A DNA stretch of 64,000 nucleotides from Podospora anserina. Its lineage: Eukaryota. The stretch lies in NCBI GenBank assembly GCA_017654855.1, contig CM030332.1, positions 6,324,001 through 6,388,000 on the forward strand, read 5' to 3'. The notes beneath the pieces are model-generated. The model made no database searches and was not told where the DNA came from. It saw nothing but the letters and a program-made list of their open reading frames with translations. Made by a program: the position numbers and the translations under genes. Below, piece after piece: positions 48,301-60,733 of the stretch (position 1 is the stretch's first letter; the number at the start of each line of letters is the position of its first letter).

Positions 48301-50754
48301 CAGATCTGGCTCGCCCTCAGCCATCTCGCGGATCCAGGCAGTTATGCCACTAAGAGCCCATGGCTCTGCACACCGCTTAATATCGGCGGCATTAAGCTTC
48401 GAAGGAACAAATTTCTTCCGTCTTCCAGTGGGCAGGGTGATCATATCATAGCCAGCCATGGAAGATGGAGTACCCGTCTCATAGCCTTCATATGCGGCGC
48501 CTTGTGGGTAGGGAAGCTGGTGTTGCTGCGACATCTGCTTCTGCGCGCGCCTCCGCTCCTCGGCGGCATCTGTCCTAGACCTTGCAGGTGCCACCACTGG
48601 AGGGGTATTGCTGTGGCTCGACAAAGATATCGACCTTTCAACTTGTTGTTGCTGGATCGCATGTTGACCTGGATACATCTCGTGGTTATCAGGCGGATAA
48701 GGAAGTCGAGAGTCTGCACTCAGAGAATGATTGTGCTGATAACCGGCTCTGTTTACCAGATCTGGGGCAAGGTGGGAGCCACTGTGTCGTCCTTCTAGAC
48801 TTGGAGGGATGGCAGGCAGAGGTCGGTTAGACAGGCCGGGGTGCCAAAACATCTGATCGTACGGATACTCCTCTTTGGAAGGGGAGTCACTGCTCTGCCG
48901 CGAGTGAAGTGACACCCTCTCATCACCCTCATCAAAGCTCAGACGGTGGACCTGGGGCTGTTGGAGACCACCAGTGCCGCCATAGTCTACCGATGCTTCG
49001 GAAAAGGGTGCATAATCAGGGACTTGTCCCGGAACTGGGAGCGGTCGTGGTCCGTCATGAGCTGTAGCTGGCGGCGAGTTGATATCGTTTCCATAATGAA
49101 GATTCCCAGCATAGCCGCCGCCATACATTCCTAGATCCATTCCACCATAGTCGCTATCAGTGCTAGGCTGCTCCTCCGCAGGCGTAGAAAGCTGAGATCC
49201 CAACGGAGCAGGGATTGGCGTGCCTGCTGAAGGTGCAGACGAAGACGAGGGTTTGTAATCAGGATATCCAGGGAAAGACATTCCGCCAAACCTTCGGTCG
49301 TCAAGATCATCTTGCATAGCCTGGAGCCCCGCGGCGCCCTCAGGGTCGCTTTCCTCGGAGTCCCAGTTATATGTCGTCGAGATATCATTATTGCTAGTCA
49401 GAGCAGAGGAGGCATCGGATGGGTGTCGATTCAACAGCGAGTTCGTCGCAGTTTGCATCGTAGTGCCAGACGCATTAGAGCCATAACGCCGCACCATGTC
49501 CAGGTTATTGTCAGACAAAGCGCCATTAACGGGCAAGGGCCGCTGCCCACGGGAAGGAATCCCAAGGTCAGAAACAATATCCTGGATCAAGCTGTCCTGA
49601 GTAAACCGCGTGTCGCTATTACTTCGTCCGTTCGCTCTCCAACTTGCTCCCTCCGTCAAGTCGTCCAATGGGCGGTTGGGAAGAGGAGCATTTGTTGGGT
49701 GGCGGGATATCAGAGAGTTTTGATACCCATGATTTGGGGGTGAAGGTATTGGCGATGTGTGCGAGTTAGATCGAGAGGCCCGGTTGGCAAAAGAGGTGGG
49801 ATCTGGAGAGTATCCTGGACCAACTGGAATCTGGGAATGCGTTGGATAAGGTGCTTGTGAGCTCGAGGCAGAGAGCCCAGGGCTCTGTGGGATGTTGGCT
49901 CCATTGGTAGCATAAGAATTGGAGTATTGCTGTCCGCCATAATTTGCCGGGTACTGTGATTCACGGGGAGAGCTAACGGATGATGGAGTTGGTGCTTGTT
50001 GGGCATACTGCGGACTGTGAAGTGTTGGCTCAAAAGAAGAGTTTGGAAGCGCCGGAGAAGTAGTGGCCGAGGGCTGTTGAGCCCCCCCATAACCTGAGGG
50101 CGGAGGAGGAACATAGGCCGCAGACACATGAGGGACCGTGGCTGAACTGTAATTATAACCATAGTTGTTGTTATTGTACCCTGCAACGGTAGAGTGCCTT
50201 TGCGGAACCACAGCAGTGGCATTCGCATACGCAGCTGGGTTGTACGCTTGGGGAGTGAAGTTCTGAGGGGGCGCGTTGTAAGTTGGGCTCGCTGTGGGCG
50301 TATATCGGTTCGCCGCTGGTGATGGGTGGTATGGAAGTGAGGTGGATTGCGATCGAGCAAAATGCTGGGGATTATACGTAGAATGTGATGGGGGTGGAGG
50401 CGGGACGTTGCCCTGGAACTGTCGTTGATAGGCAGTGTTGGGGGTCAGCGGAGGAGGTGGCATGTAGCTTGCTCGGTTCGACGGCGGCGGCGGAGGTGGT
50501 GGTTGAGAATCTACCGTCGGACTCGTTATGAAAAGCTCGTCTTCACCCCTCCCCACATTGTTGTTACCGGTGTAGAGGGGCTGAGGTCTGGGTGCGGCCA
50601 CATCCTGATCGAAGAAACTCGAGTCGTCCCCGTTATTGAAGCTCGGTTGTCGTTGAGGGTATCCTGCCGGCTGTTGTTGCGCACCGCCGGCAACAGGATA
50701 CTGCGCGGGGGGCACATGGCCATAGCGGCGCGACTCGTCCCCGCGGAATGACAT
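45330..50754 (-). CDS. Rho guanine-nucleotide exchange factor with DH-PH-CNH architecture (Rgf3/Tus1-like); exons 50754-47047, 46988-45330
   Basis: DH domain (ERQNVLHEIVTGEEDF..APITRLQRYGLLL), PH domain (ALLFDHYFIL) and C-terminal CNH domain (IAIGTDYGVY..YVEVRNAENGRLRQII). Intron 47046-46989 is in frame. Confidence 0.9.
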
Positions 50755-52908
50755 GGTGATGATTGTAGAGACAAGCGCCGGCTGGGAGATATTTTTGACA
50801 CTGGAGAGAGCGCAAAGGCTGAGAGAGAGAAAAGGTTAGGCGCGGCGATACCTCGTCCTCCCGCGCGCAGAGTACTACCGAGCGATTTCGATACAAGTGG
50901 ACACCCTCGCGAGGGTGACCTGGTCAAACGACGGCAACCTGGAAGGTTCAGTGTAGGATCTTAAAAGCGAACGGGCCAGGGGCAATGTAGATAGGGTATA
51001 TGGAGCTCAAGAGTCAATCGTAAGACTCAACCGCGTGCAACCGGCCTCCGCATATGTGCGCTACAAAGCACGGCGCTCGAATATCGATTATCGGCGACGG
51101 TTGGAGGCGTCGACGAAGTTATCAAGACATGGTTCGGGTCCCTCGTGAACAGTGGATCGATGCCCTGGGTCGTGGGTCGGCAAAGTGGATGCAAGAGGTA
51201 AGACGCCGTTACAAGGCCTGCGTGCCTTGTGCCTGTTCGCCGGGCGGCGTGTGGGTGTGTGGAGGTGGAGTCCTCTGGCTCTGGCAAGGTCACAGTCAAC
51301 CCTGGGCCTTGTCACTGGGCAAGTTGCGAGGTGCTGTCGTCAGATGCTGTCGGGTGCTTCTGTAGCACACCAGCAGATGGTTGAAGAATGGCAAAATGAA
51401 GCGCGAAGCACTGTGGTGCTAGGTTCTCGTGATCGCCCCGAGGTTTGGGATCTCAAACAGCGGCGACCTGTGTGAGGATTGAGTTTGAGTTGTTGACTGC
51501 AGGTGAGCCCAAGCCACAGATGGCTTGAGCCTTTTCCTCTTCGTAGCGTCGCAGACGGAGACGGGAGTCAAAAGAGGCGCAGGGCCCGAGGCAGACAGTC
51601 AGGCTCGATGGCGACAAAAGGACGGCAAAAGAACCCAACAAGACACATATAAGTTGACACGAAGAACTGCTAATCTTGGCCCTTCCCGTCATTCGGTGTT
51701 CCCTAGTAATGATCACTGCAGTCTCCTCGGCTCTTCACCCTCTTCAAGTCACGTTGGCCTGGCGAATAATGGCTTTTGTCGCACAGCCAGCACTTTTTGG
51801 CTCGCATGGGTCGGAGTTCATCCTTTCGTGTTGAGGACTTGGCTTGGGACCTCCCGTTCCATAGCCACTTATCACCATCTGGCTGTTGTTCTCCGTCACA
51901 TCAACGTCTACAAACCAATAAGCCTTGAATCATGACGGATAACGGCATGTAAGTCTATGTGAGAGACTACAGTCACCAGTCGAATAGACAATCTACCTGT
52001 ATTGAGCACGTATGTTATATATTAGCCCAGATTGTGAGTAAGTCGGGGCGCCTCTCGACCACTTATGATTACATGGCGACAGCTTGATGTCACAAGAAAA
52101 CGGTGTAGTAAACAGCATGATCCTCGGCACGAGGGCACTCAAAAATATTCGAAAGGGTATTTACTACTCTCCAAGGTCTTGATTCTGCATTGGGGTCTAC
52201 ATTACTTTGTCCACATCAAACGTGCCATACATACCATAGACAGTGGACAGAATCTAGATCAGCATGCATGTACCGGACCTCAGTATGCGCCACATCAAAG
52301 TTTGCTCAGATATACATCAACCCAGGTCCTGCGAGCCATGTGGTATTCAAAAATATAGACCAAAAATCGGGCCCTCCCACGCTCATCCTTCTCGCGAGAT
52401 GTTTTGAGGCGCATCTCGAATACATACATCACTTTCCGTCTCAGCATTAGGATGAGGGGCACAGAGGGGTTAAGTGCCAAGCCAGGCACTGGCACCTTCC
52501 AACTAACACACGACCGGGGAAGCATGGGAGATTCCCAAATACCTATCAGAGGGCCCAGAGAAATCTTTGGGTTGTTTTCCGTGTCGCAGTGCCGCATTCG
52601 AAGTTTCGAGATGCTCTGCTGTTGGTAAGCGCCGCCCTCGAAATAAGGGGGATGACGGCAGTGCGGGGTTCAGCTAGGTCTCCGCCGCGGGAGCTCTCTC
52701 GTCATCCATTTGGACCCCACTTCACCAGCGATCCGATCCTCGGGTTTCCGAAGTGTCCCCCGCCATTGCTCCCGCGTGTGTCTGGATTTTCCCTTCTCAA
52801 ATATCGCGAGCTTCCCCGAGTATCTTGTCTCTTCCGTCCAGCTCAGGCACTCCCAATCGATCACTCAACCTCAAGTAAACCTCCAACCTTCGAAACAAAA
52901 CCGTCAAA

Positions 52909-53744
52909 ATGGTCAAGGCTGGTATGTAGTTTTTGAGTCTGTACAGATTTACCCCACCTTCTGCACACTCCTCGTCCTCCAGAGCTGCCCGTCCATCCTA
53001 ACTGAGCAAGATCCGACAACCTTGATGGGCACTTTATCTGGCCGGAAGGGTTCTCGAAGCCCTGGGAGGAGGGCTGGCTGGACCCTGCAGGAGCGGCCCG
53101 GTGCAGAGGCGCTTTGGTCCCTGGACATGCTGTTGCTAACACTGGGGATGTATAGTTGCTGTCGTCCGTGGTGACTCCAAGGTCTCCGGCTCCGTTGTCT
53201 TCGAGCAGGAGACCGAGAACGGTCCCACTACCATCACCTGGGACATCACTGGCCATGATGCCAATGCCAAGCGTGGCATGCACATCCACACCTTTGGTGA
53301 CAACACCAACGGCTGCACCTCCGCCGGCCCTCACTGTAAGTCATCACATATTCATACCTTCAGCCTTGGACTCTGGGGAGCCACTTGCTAACCACCAATT
53401 CCTTCACAGTCAACCCCCATGGCAAGACCCACGGCAACCGGACCGACGAGAACCGCCATGTTGGTGACTTGGGCAACATTGAGACCGATGCCCAGGGCAA
53501 CTCCAAGGGCACCGTGACCGACAACCTCATCAAGCTCATTGGCCCCGAGAGCGTCATTGGCCGCACCGTCGTCGTCCACGCCGGCACTGACGATCTTGGC
53601 AAGGGTGACACCGAGGAGTCCCTCAAGACTGGCAACGCTGGTGCCCGCCCTGCCTGCGGTAAGCTTTCTAACTGGAGAGCAATACCCCTGATAGGCCATA
53701 AGCTGACTTGTTTTGTTTCAGGTGTCATTGGTATCTCTGCTTAA
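52909..53744 (+). CDS. SOD1: Cu/Zn superoxide dismutase; exons 52909-52921, 53156-53335, 53410-53658, 53722-53744
   Basis: Spliced [65 protein letters not shown]. Metal-ligand His residues and both Cys are present. Confidence 0.97.
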
Positions 53745-55049
53745 GTTATTTGGTAGCGCTTTGTGAGTTGATAAGTCGGTGCTTATGGGACGTGGACCAG
53801 CCGGACAATATTACTTTTGGATAAAACCGTAGTAATTGGTCGTCTTGGTTGCCTTCATCAAAGTCACTCGAGATGGCACAAATAAAAATAATAATTTTCC
53901 CAAAAGCCATTGCTGCCCTGTATAAGTTGCTTGGAACTACGTATGACGAAATAGGGCGGGGTAATCACGGTGCGCGCGCAGGTATCGACAGATCCCAGGT
54001 CTAAGCTCTACTTGACCTCAAGCAGTTTGATACAGCTACTCATAAAATGACTGTCGATAGAAACAACTATCATGGTTCAATGTGAAAGCTCTCCAAACAT
54101 ACTTGCTGTCATCCAAAATTAAAATACCAGCCATTGATCAGCCTGTGTTCATCAGCTCCTGCACTGTGTTTGTGCTCCCCGCACTTCACACGTCACACGC
54201 ACTGTGTGGTGTGGTTTGACGGCCCCGAGACACCTTTGTGCCAGATAATTTTTCGGGAAAGAGCAATGGGCTCGACAACCAATATAAACAAAACATAAGA
54301 ACTCCTGTAGGCAGTTTATTCAACTCCAGAAGCTAGATACATATGATGGAGTGAAGTTAAAAAGAGATGCTTCGGTTATCTGGGGCGGCGACTTGCCTAT
54401 TTTTGCCTAGCTCGGGTGGTTCAAGTTACACAAGCAGCTGGGAGCTTGAGCCCCTGAAACTCGGACGAGTCCCTTGAAGCCTACCCCACAATATGCATAT
54501 GGAGCCAATCCAAATTAATGATGAAAGCTGTCAAATAGCCACCACCTCACCTCTCACCACGCACCGCCTGTTGAAGTGTAACTTAAGCCTTCTTCAACTC
54601 TTTCTGAACATACTCACATTCTTCTTTCTTGCTGATCATCCATCAGCTTTCTTTCGGTATGTACACAGTCAACCCTTCCTGGGACTGGGCATCTCGGCGC
54701 CCACCATCCCATCCCATCCCATCCCCAACATCAGTTCTAGGCATTTTAGTGGGGGGCATGACACGACGGTGAGGGCTGCCTGCCCAACGCCTTCGAACTA
54801 TCACCAAGCCGTTATCATGCTCCGAACTCCTCATCCCAAGAAACAACAAAGAACTATCTGATTGGAATACCGCCATCGGATGGAACTGTCGACAAGTGAT
54901 ATCAGCTGTGGGGAGCAGTTCAACTGACAATTCACTATATAGAGGTGGGATCGTTGGCTCTCTTGCCACTTGCTTCCCTTGTATATCGACACTCCGTTTT
55001 CCCACTCACCTGGCCATTGGTTTTCTAAACAACACACAATTCCATCATC

Positions 55050-57768
55050 ATGGCTGCTCACTTCGCCAACGTCAAGTCGGTCCTCAGCGGAGACACCTTC
55101 GTTCTCTCCAGCCCAAACAACCCTTCGCAGGAAAAGACATTCTCTCTTGCTTATGTCTCTGCTCCTCGGCTCAGCAAGGACGGTGATGAGCCGTACGCTT
55201 TCCAGTCCCGCGAATTTCTCCGGAATTTGACCGTCGGAAAGCCAATCAAGTTCACTGTCTTGTGTAAGATCTCATATCTCCTCATCATGTACCGTTGTCA
55301 CTGTCTCGCATATTGGCTGACACATCTCAGATACCATCCCCAACTCGGGCCGGGAATACGGTACTGCTCAGCTTCAAGACGGCACCACTTTCCCAGAAGC
55401 CTCTGTCAAGGCTGGTTGGCTCAAGGTTAGAGAAGATGCTGGCAGAAAGGAAGAGTCCGAGGCTGCCCTGGCCATGATCGACACTCTCCGAATCTACGAG
55501 AGCGAGGCCAAGGACGAAGGCAAAGGTCTTTTTTCCGGCTCTGGCGGTGTTATTGAGGTCCAAAACGATCTCGGTGGGCCTGACTTCCTCAACAAGTGGA
55601 AGGGAAAGACGGTGGAGGGCGTTATCGAGCGCGTTATTAGCGGCGACCGATTGCTCGCTCGCCTACTCCTCACCGAGAAGAAGCATTGGCAAGTCATGAC
55701 TCTGATTGCTGGCATCCGCACCCCATCGACGGCCCGAACGAACCCATCCAACGGACAAGTCCAGCCGGCCGAGGAGTTTGGAGATGAGGCCCGCGCCTTT
55801 GTCGAGTCTCGCCTCCTTCAGCGCCAGGTCAAGGTCAAGATTGTGGGTGTGAGCCCACAAGGACAGCTGGTTGCCGCTATCTTGCACCCCCGCGGAAACA
55901 TTGCCGAGTTCCTTCTTCAAGAAGGTCTCGCTCGCTGTAATGACTTCCACTCCACCTTCCTTGGCCCCGACATGGCTCCTCTTCGGGCCGCAGAGGAGCA
56001 GGCCAAGTCTGCCCGTAAGCGCCTCCACAGAGCGTTTGTTCCCAAGGCTACCGACAACAAGGAGGCTGAGGCCACCGTCACGAAGATTGTTGGCGGCGAT
56101 ACCATCATTGTTCGCAACAAAACCGGTGCCGAGAAGAGAATCAGCTTGAGCAGTGTCCGCGGGCCCCGTGCCGGGGAGGCTTCAGAGGCACCATGGAGAG
56201 AGGAGGCCAAGGAGTTCTTGCGCAAGAAGCTCATTGGCAAACATGTCAAGGTGTCTGTCGACGGGACAAAGCCTGCTACTGATGACTTTGAGGCTCGTGA
56301 GGTTGCCACCGTTACCCAGAGCGGCAAGAACATCGGTCTGCAGCTTGTCGAGGGCGGTTACGCCACTGTTATCCGTCATCGCAAGGACGATACTGACCGC
56401 GCTCCCAACTACGATGAGCTCTTGGCCGCTCAAGAAAAGGCTCAGGAGGAGAAGAAGGGTATCTGGTCCGGCAAGTCTCCCAAGGTCAAGAACTACGTTG
56501 ATGTGTCAGAGAGCGTCCAGAAGGCCAAGATCCAAGTTTCTACTCTTTCCCGGCAAAAGAAGGTCCCTGGCATCGTCGATTTCTGCAAGTCTGGCTCCCG
56601 CTTCACCATCCTCATCCCCCGCGAGGGCGTGAAGCTCACCCTCGTTTTGGCCGGCGTTCGTGCCCCCCGTGCGCCTGGTAGAAATGCGCAGGAGAAGGGT
56701 GAGCCCTTTGGCCAGGAGGCCTTGGACTTGGCCAATAAGCGTTGCAACCAGCGCGACTGCGAGATTGATGTTCATGACATCGACAAGGTTGGTGGCTTCA
56801 TCGGTGACCTCTACGTTAACCGTGAGAGCTTTGCCAAGATTCTTGTCGAGGAGGGTCTTGCCTCCGTTCATGAGTACTCTGCTCAGAAGGCCGGCAACGC
56901 TACCGAACTGCTTGCTGCCCAACAGCGTGCCAAGGAGGCCAGAAAAGGTCTCTGGAAGGACTGGGATCCGTCTCAGGATGCCCAAGAGGAGGAAGAGGCC
57001 GCCCCTGCCGAGTCTGCTGATGCTGATGTCACCATCGACAAGAAGCCAGAGGACTACCGCGATATTGTCATCACCAATGTGGACTCCAACGGCCGGGTCA
57101 AGGTCCAAGAGATTGGCAAGGGCACCGCTGCTCTTGAGACGCTGATGAACAAGTTCCGCAGCTTCCACCTGAACCCCAGCAACAATGCTGGCCTCAAGGA
57201 CAGCCCCAAGGCTGGAGACTTTGTTGCTGCCAAGTTCACTGAGGACGGTGAATGGTACAGAGCGCGCATCCGCTCCAACGATCGCACCGCGAAGGTGGCT
57301 GAGGTTGTGTACATCGACTATGGCAACACCGAGAAGCAGCCATGGTCCAAGCTCCGTCCCCTGAGCCCAGAGTTCAACACCCAGGCCTTGAAGGCCCAGG
57401 CGATTGATGCTCAGCTCTCGTTTGTCCAGCTTCCCGCCTCCCCCGACTACCTCAACGACGCCATCAACTACATCTACGAAATCACCGAGGGCAAGCAGCT
57501 TGTAGGCAGCTTCGACTTCATTGACTCCAAGGAGGGCGTCAGCTACATCACGATCTATGACCCCAAGGCTGAGGGTTCCCACAAGGTCACCGAGTCCCTC
57601 AATCGTAGGATCATTGAGGCTGGATGGGGCCTTGTCCCACGGAAGTTTAAGCGTTGGGAGAGCAGCAAGGCTTTCGAGTCTCTGGTGAAGAATCTCAAGG
57701 AGGCTGAGAAGGTGGCGAGTGATGCCCATCGGGGTATGTGGGAGTACGGTGAGCTCTATGAGGATTGA
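55050..57768 (+). CDS. SND1: Tudor staphylococcal nuclease (Tudor-SN/SND1); exons 55050-55263, 55331-57768
   Basis: Repeated SNase domains (VKSVLSGDT, IERVISGD, VTKIVGGDT) and a Tudor domain (DGEWYRARI..VYIDYGN), ending RGMWEYGE. Confidence 0.95.
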
Positions 57769-58732
57769 GAGGAGGTGGTTCTGGGCATGGGCATGGAGAG
57801 TGTGGGGGTTGGTGCCCGTTAGGTGTGGGCGATGACCGGGAGCTACTCCACGGGTTGTGGACGGACTACTCTTAGCAGGCAGGTTCGGGTTTGCATAATG
57901 CTAGGTCATCATCATTATCATCATCATCATTGGTAGAATAAAAGTACTAAGTTGTGTTTGATGTTCATATGGCATATGTCAGGAGTCGGTGATGGTGTTG
58001 TAAGACAAGATATCCATTATATAAGCTTCTCCGCGCCGAGGAGAATAAAGGGTGAGGTTGAAGGTGGGTAGCGTCTTTTCTGACTTTTGGCTATTTGAGG
58101 AAGTGGATCTGGCCTGCAGGATCCAATCATGCCAATGGCTCGCGGCACGCCCGATGCTGGGTGTTCCTGGTCATGGCTGAGTAAGGGGGGGGTTCTTGTT
58201 AGTGGTCCAAATCCCCACTGTCGGAGCTATGTCGGATGGCCGGGTCCGATGACAGCACTCGCGCGATTCCAAATGTCTGTCTGGTAGCTGCTGAGCTGAG
58301 CTTCTTGCCTCTGCAGTAGCGGGAATAGTTTGGATGGTTGTATGAGTGATCGCCATGTCAAGTCAGCCAACAACGGCCACCCTTCTCATCTGATGTTGGG
58401 CATGGGATTGGCTTCTCCGTGCTAAGTTTGAAGGAGGCGGCAGCGGCGAGGGGCATTGACTGCTTAGAAGACAAGGGGGGGGGGGGGCGATGTCCGGGGC
58501 GCTCATGACGAAGATGCCCCGCTAAAAGCCGTAGAGAAAGTAGGATATTATCCGCAACGGTTCCCAACACTCCCTTGGGCATTCTTTCCATTGAACTCTT
58601 TTCTGACACATACCAACCTGCGACAAATTCCCTCTCCGTCTTCGTTTTTGCTCCTTTCATTGCAGCAAACAACTCAGGCGTAACTCGTTTTTTTTCTATA
58701 TCGATACCCCCTCAAATCCTAATATCATCAAA

Positions 58733-60158
58733 ATGTCCAACTCTCTTGAGCAGCTCAAGGCCACTGGCACTGTATGTTCCGTCCCTCCCCCGTCCAAATT
58801 ACCCCGCCAAACCTTCCCCTCGTTGGGGATTGAAGCTTGATGAGCCCAACACACTTCGTCTGGGCGGTGTCGCGAAGCTGGTGTTTTCTGAAGCGGAAGC
58901 TTTGGTTTTGAGGACTGGGCTAACATGTTTGCTGTTCGTCTTGCTTTAGGTTGTTGTCAGTGACTCTGGTAAGCTACCTCCTGGATGATGCCTGTCTGGC
59001 AAGTCTCAACAATGCGGTGGCTAACATTGGTTCTCTAGGTGACTTTGCCTGTTAGTATTACCCTCGATTGCGTCTTCCTCGAACGACGACAACTACCCCT
59101 CCGCCTTCCTTTTGGATACAATACTCACATCGCTTCCAGCCATTGCCAAGTACAAGCCCCAGGATGCCACCACCAACCCCTCCCTGATTCTCGCCGCCAC
59201 CAAGAAGGCCGAGTATGCCGCTCTCCTCGACGCTGCTGTCGAGAAGGCCAAGGCCGAGGGAGGTTCCGTTGACAGACAAGTCGACTCTGCTCTCGACCAC
59301 CTCCTCGTCGAGTTCGGCCGCAAGATTCTTGAGATTGTCCCCGGCAAGGTCTCCACTGAGGTCGATGCCGCTTTCTCTTTCGACACCAAGAAGTCCGTTG
59401 ACAAGGCTCTCCACCTCATCCAGGTATGAATTCTTGAGGTCAGAAACGTCGCCACGGAAAGCTAATGTTCCCCCAGCTCTACGAGAAGGCCGGTGTCTCC
59501 AAGGACCGCGTCCTGATCAAGATCGCCTCCACCTGGGAGGGTATCAAGGCCGCCGAGATCCTCCAGCGCGACCACGGCATCAACACCAACCTTACCCTCA
59601 TGTTCTCTCTGGTCCAGGCCATCGCCGCCGCCGAGGCTGGCGCTTTCCTGATCTCCCCCTTCGTCGGCCGTATCCTCGACTGGTTCAAGGCTGCCCACAA
59701 GAAGGAGTACAAGAAGGAGGAGGACCCCGGTGTCGCCAGCGTCAAGAGCATCTTCAACTACTACAAGAAGTTTGGATACAAGACGATCGTCATGGGTGCC
59801 TCTTTCCGCAACACCGGTGAGATCACCGAGCTGGCTGGCTGCGACTACCTTACCATTTCTGTAAGCTATCTCCCTGTCTGTTTCCTATCAGACCTGTGGC
59901 TAATACGTTCTGTGCCAACAGCCCAACCTCCTCGAGGAGCTCATGAACTCCTCCGAGGCCGTCCCCCAGAAGCTCAACGCCGAGGGTGCTTCCGCTCTCG
60001 ATATTGAGAAGAAGACCTACATCAACGACGAGCCCACCTTCCGCTTCGACTTCAACGAGGACCAGATGGCTGTTGAGAAGCTCCGTGAGGGTATCAGCAA
60101 GTTCGCTGCTGATGCTGTCACGCTGAAGGATATCATCAAGGCCAAGGTTCAGGCTTAG
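58733..60158 (+). CDS. TAL1: Transaldolase; exons 58733-58771, 58950-58968, 59039-59050, 59140-59423, 59477-59860, 59922-60158
   Basis: Spliced [41 protein letters not shown], catalytic [19 protein letters not shown] and MGASFRN. Confidence 0.96.
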
Positions 60159-60520
60159 ATGGTTGAAGAGAGAAAAGGGGTAATGATTAAAAAATGAATA
60201 AATACACTCGGGTTTCAAGCACAATTGCGGGTTAAAAAACTGGGCTGGAATGACTTCTTTGATGAGCAATGGGCTGTTAGTTCAGTAATTGATTAATGGC
60301 TTTTGAGGCAATTTTGATGTTTGTGTGTGGTGTGGTCGAGGCGGCGTGAGAGATAAGATTAGTGTGTTGGTGGCTGATGACGTATAAATGCGTTTTGAGG
60401 TCGATGATCTTGATAGTCTAATAAGAACCTTTCGGTATTACATCTCATACCTTTATGTATCATGCTGAAGACAGACTATGGCGACATCGTGGAACATCAC
60501 AGAATACGATTGATAATATG

Positions 60521-60561
60521 TCTCTCTCTCTCTCTCTCTCTCTGTCTGTGTGTGTGTGTGT
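60521..60561. repeat. Compound (TC)n(TG)n microsatellite between convergent genes
   Basis: TCTCTC... followed by TGTGTG..., read directly from the sequence. Confidence 0.9.
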
Positions 60562-60733
60562 GATGAGTATGTACAATCTACTTATACCCAACTTGCTTGC
60601 CAAACCTCCCAACCCAATAGCCAAAAGCCAAAGACTCAACGCCGCTATAAATGCGCAATGCTTTGCCTGTAAGCAATAAACCAGACACCTAAAAACGCAG
60701 TGACCGCTTTTCTAATGCATGCAAACCACCCCT

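Noticed and set aside
58836-58895. Box C/D snoRNA in TAL1 intron 1 (TTGATGA..CTGA)
   Set aside because: The span is only ~55 nt, the C box is imperfect, the k-turn stem is non-canonical and the interior forms a simple hairpin.
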